Below, piece after piece: positions 63,201-64,000 of a stretch of 64,000 nucleotides of DNA. Positions within the stretch are counted from its first letter, which is position 1; each line of letters opens with the position of its first letter. The position numbers and the translations under genes were made by a program. The stretch is from Yuukianura sp. NJ FZ-2021 (taxonomy: Eukaryota), in NCBI GenBank assembly GCA_046563655.1, contig CM102284.1:620001-684000 (forward strand), written 5' to 3'. The notes beneath the pieces were generated by a model that made no database searches, was not told the DNA's origin, and saw only the letters and a program-made list of their open reading frames with translations.

Positions 63201-64000
63201 GATGACGACGCCACTCCGGAACCAATAAAACTTGAGCTAAGCAAAACAGACGCAGGTCAAGCAACTTTAAACAAGCTCTCTCCTGGTAGGTTTCAAAATT
63301 TCGAAAACGCAAATTTGAAAATCAAAATTTCCAAAATTTCATAGTTGATAACATCTTTGTCCAGCACATTCCTGGAGTCCAAAGCTGCCCATCGTGTCAC
63401 CGATTTCAAAAAATGCAAATCCCACCACAATTTCAATTCCAATTTTGGCCATTTGTGAAGAAGATGGAGATCCTACATGCTTAGCAAATCTTTCAATTAG
63501 CGCTACTTTCAAAACCAGTGATGGAGCTCCGTTACAGTAACATTTCAAATTCATGTTTTCCAAAAATTTTGATTCCAATTTCAAAATTTTGAATTTCAGA
63601 GACATGTCCTATGTCATTGGATCGTCCAAGTCAGTGATACTCCAAATAGAGCTGACCAATCACCGTGAACGGGCTAATTTACCTTTGACATTAGAAATTG
63701 CCTGGACAAATCCATTGATTCTGCGCAGTAGCCAAAGTGACTGCAAACGTGCCGAAGCAGAAAACGACGTGCAGAAACTCTACATTTGCTCTTTACTGGC
63801 ACCGCTTGGAAAAAACAAAAAAGTTTGAACGAAGAAATCATTTTCATTACCAACAATATTTTTTAAAAACTAACAATTTAAAAAACACGTTTAGAAATTT
63901 GATTTTTTAAGTTTATATGTTTCTGTGCAGGAACTCATCGAAATGGAGCTGGATACGACCGCACTATATGCTGGAAAGGGCGTTGACCTCTTGACCTTTG
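60300..64000 (+). CDS. Integrin alpha subunit (PS-type), multi-exon, truncated by the window end
   Basis: Signal peptide then FNFD, followed by FG-GAP repeats (HFGASV, IVIGAPK, FGQAGFS, YFGYSV...GAPR, DVNGDGLDDLLVGAP, GAVYIY, DIDENGYGDLAVGAY) and thigh/calf exons. Confidence 0.93.
62083..62150 (+). repeat. tRNA-like dispersed repeat copy, in an integrin intron (more divergent)
   Basis: GAGCAGAATAGCTCAATGGTGAGAGCGATTACCCCGGAATGGTAGCTGTGAGTTCAAATCTTGCTCCA. Confidence 0.6.

Overview
Intron-rich, AT-rich animal genomic DNA. The gene content (OBP-like, GR-like and IR-like chemoreceptors, innexin, PS-type integrin alpha, prohormone-2/NVP-like precursor) points to an arthropod, possibly a springtail or other basal hexapod; that assignment is inference. 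About 19 spliced genes can be reconstructed by eye: calaxin/EFCAB1-like, a modular multi-knottin protein, an NVP-like neuropeptide precursor, extended synaptotagmin with mutually exclusive exons, a GPI-type mucin, an OBP-like gene, a BED-finger/coiled-coil gene, kynurenine formamidase, three tandem GR-like receptors, a single-pass membrane protein hosting a nested antisense knottin gene, a divergent IR, an innexin, a BTB-BACK-PHR protein and an integrin alpha running off the end. The most unusual stretch is 15.5-30.3 kb. It holds two different foldback-type DNA elements that both have TAYGG...CCRTA ends and perfect 6-bp target-site duplications (IS3EU-like signature). The larger one (25514-29210) carries intron-containing 3' exons of an RSK kinase gene, i.e. 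a Pack-type, gene-capturing element. Next to it is a co-oriented train of gene fragments (PEX5 + E-Syt 5' + KFase 3'). Six solo tRNA-like cloverleaf repeats and a pervasive AGGTCA(A)AGGTCA motif that also occurs inside coding exons are further notable patterns. All calls come from manual reading; exon boundaries are approximate unless stated.
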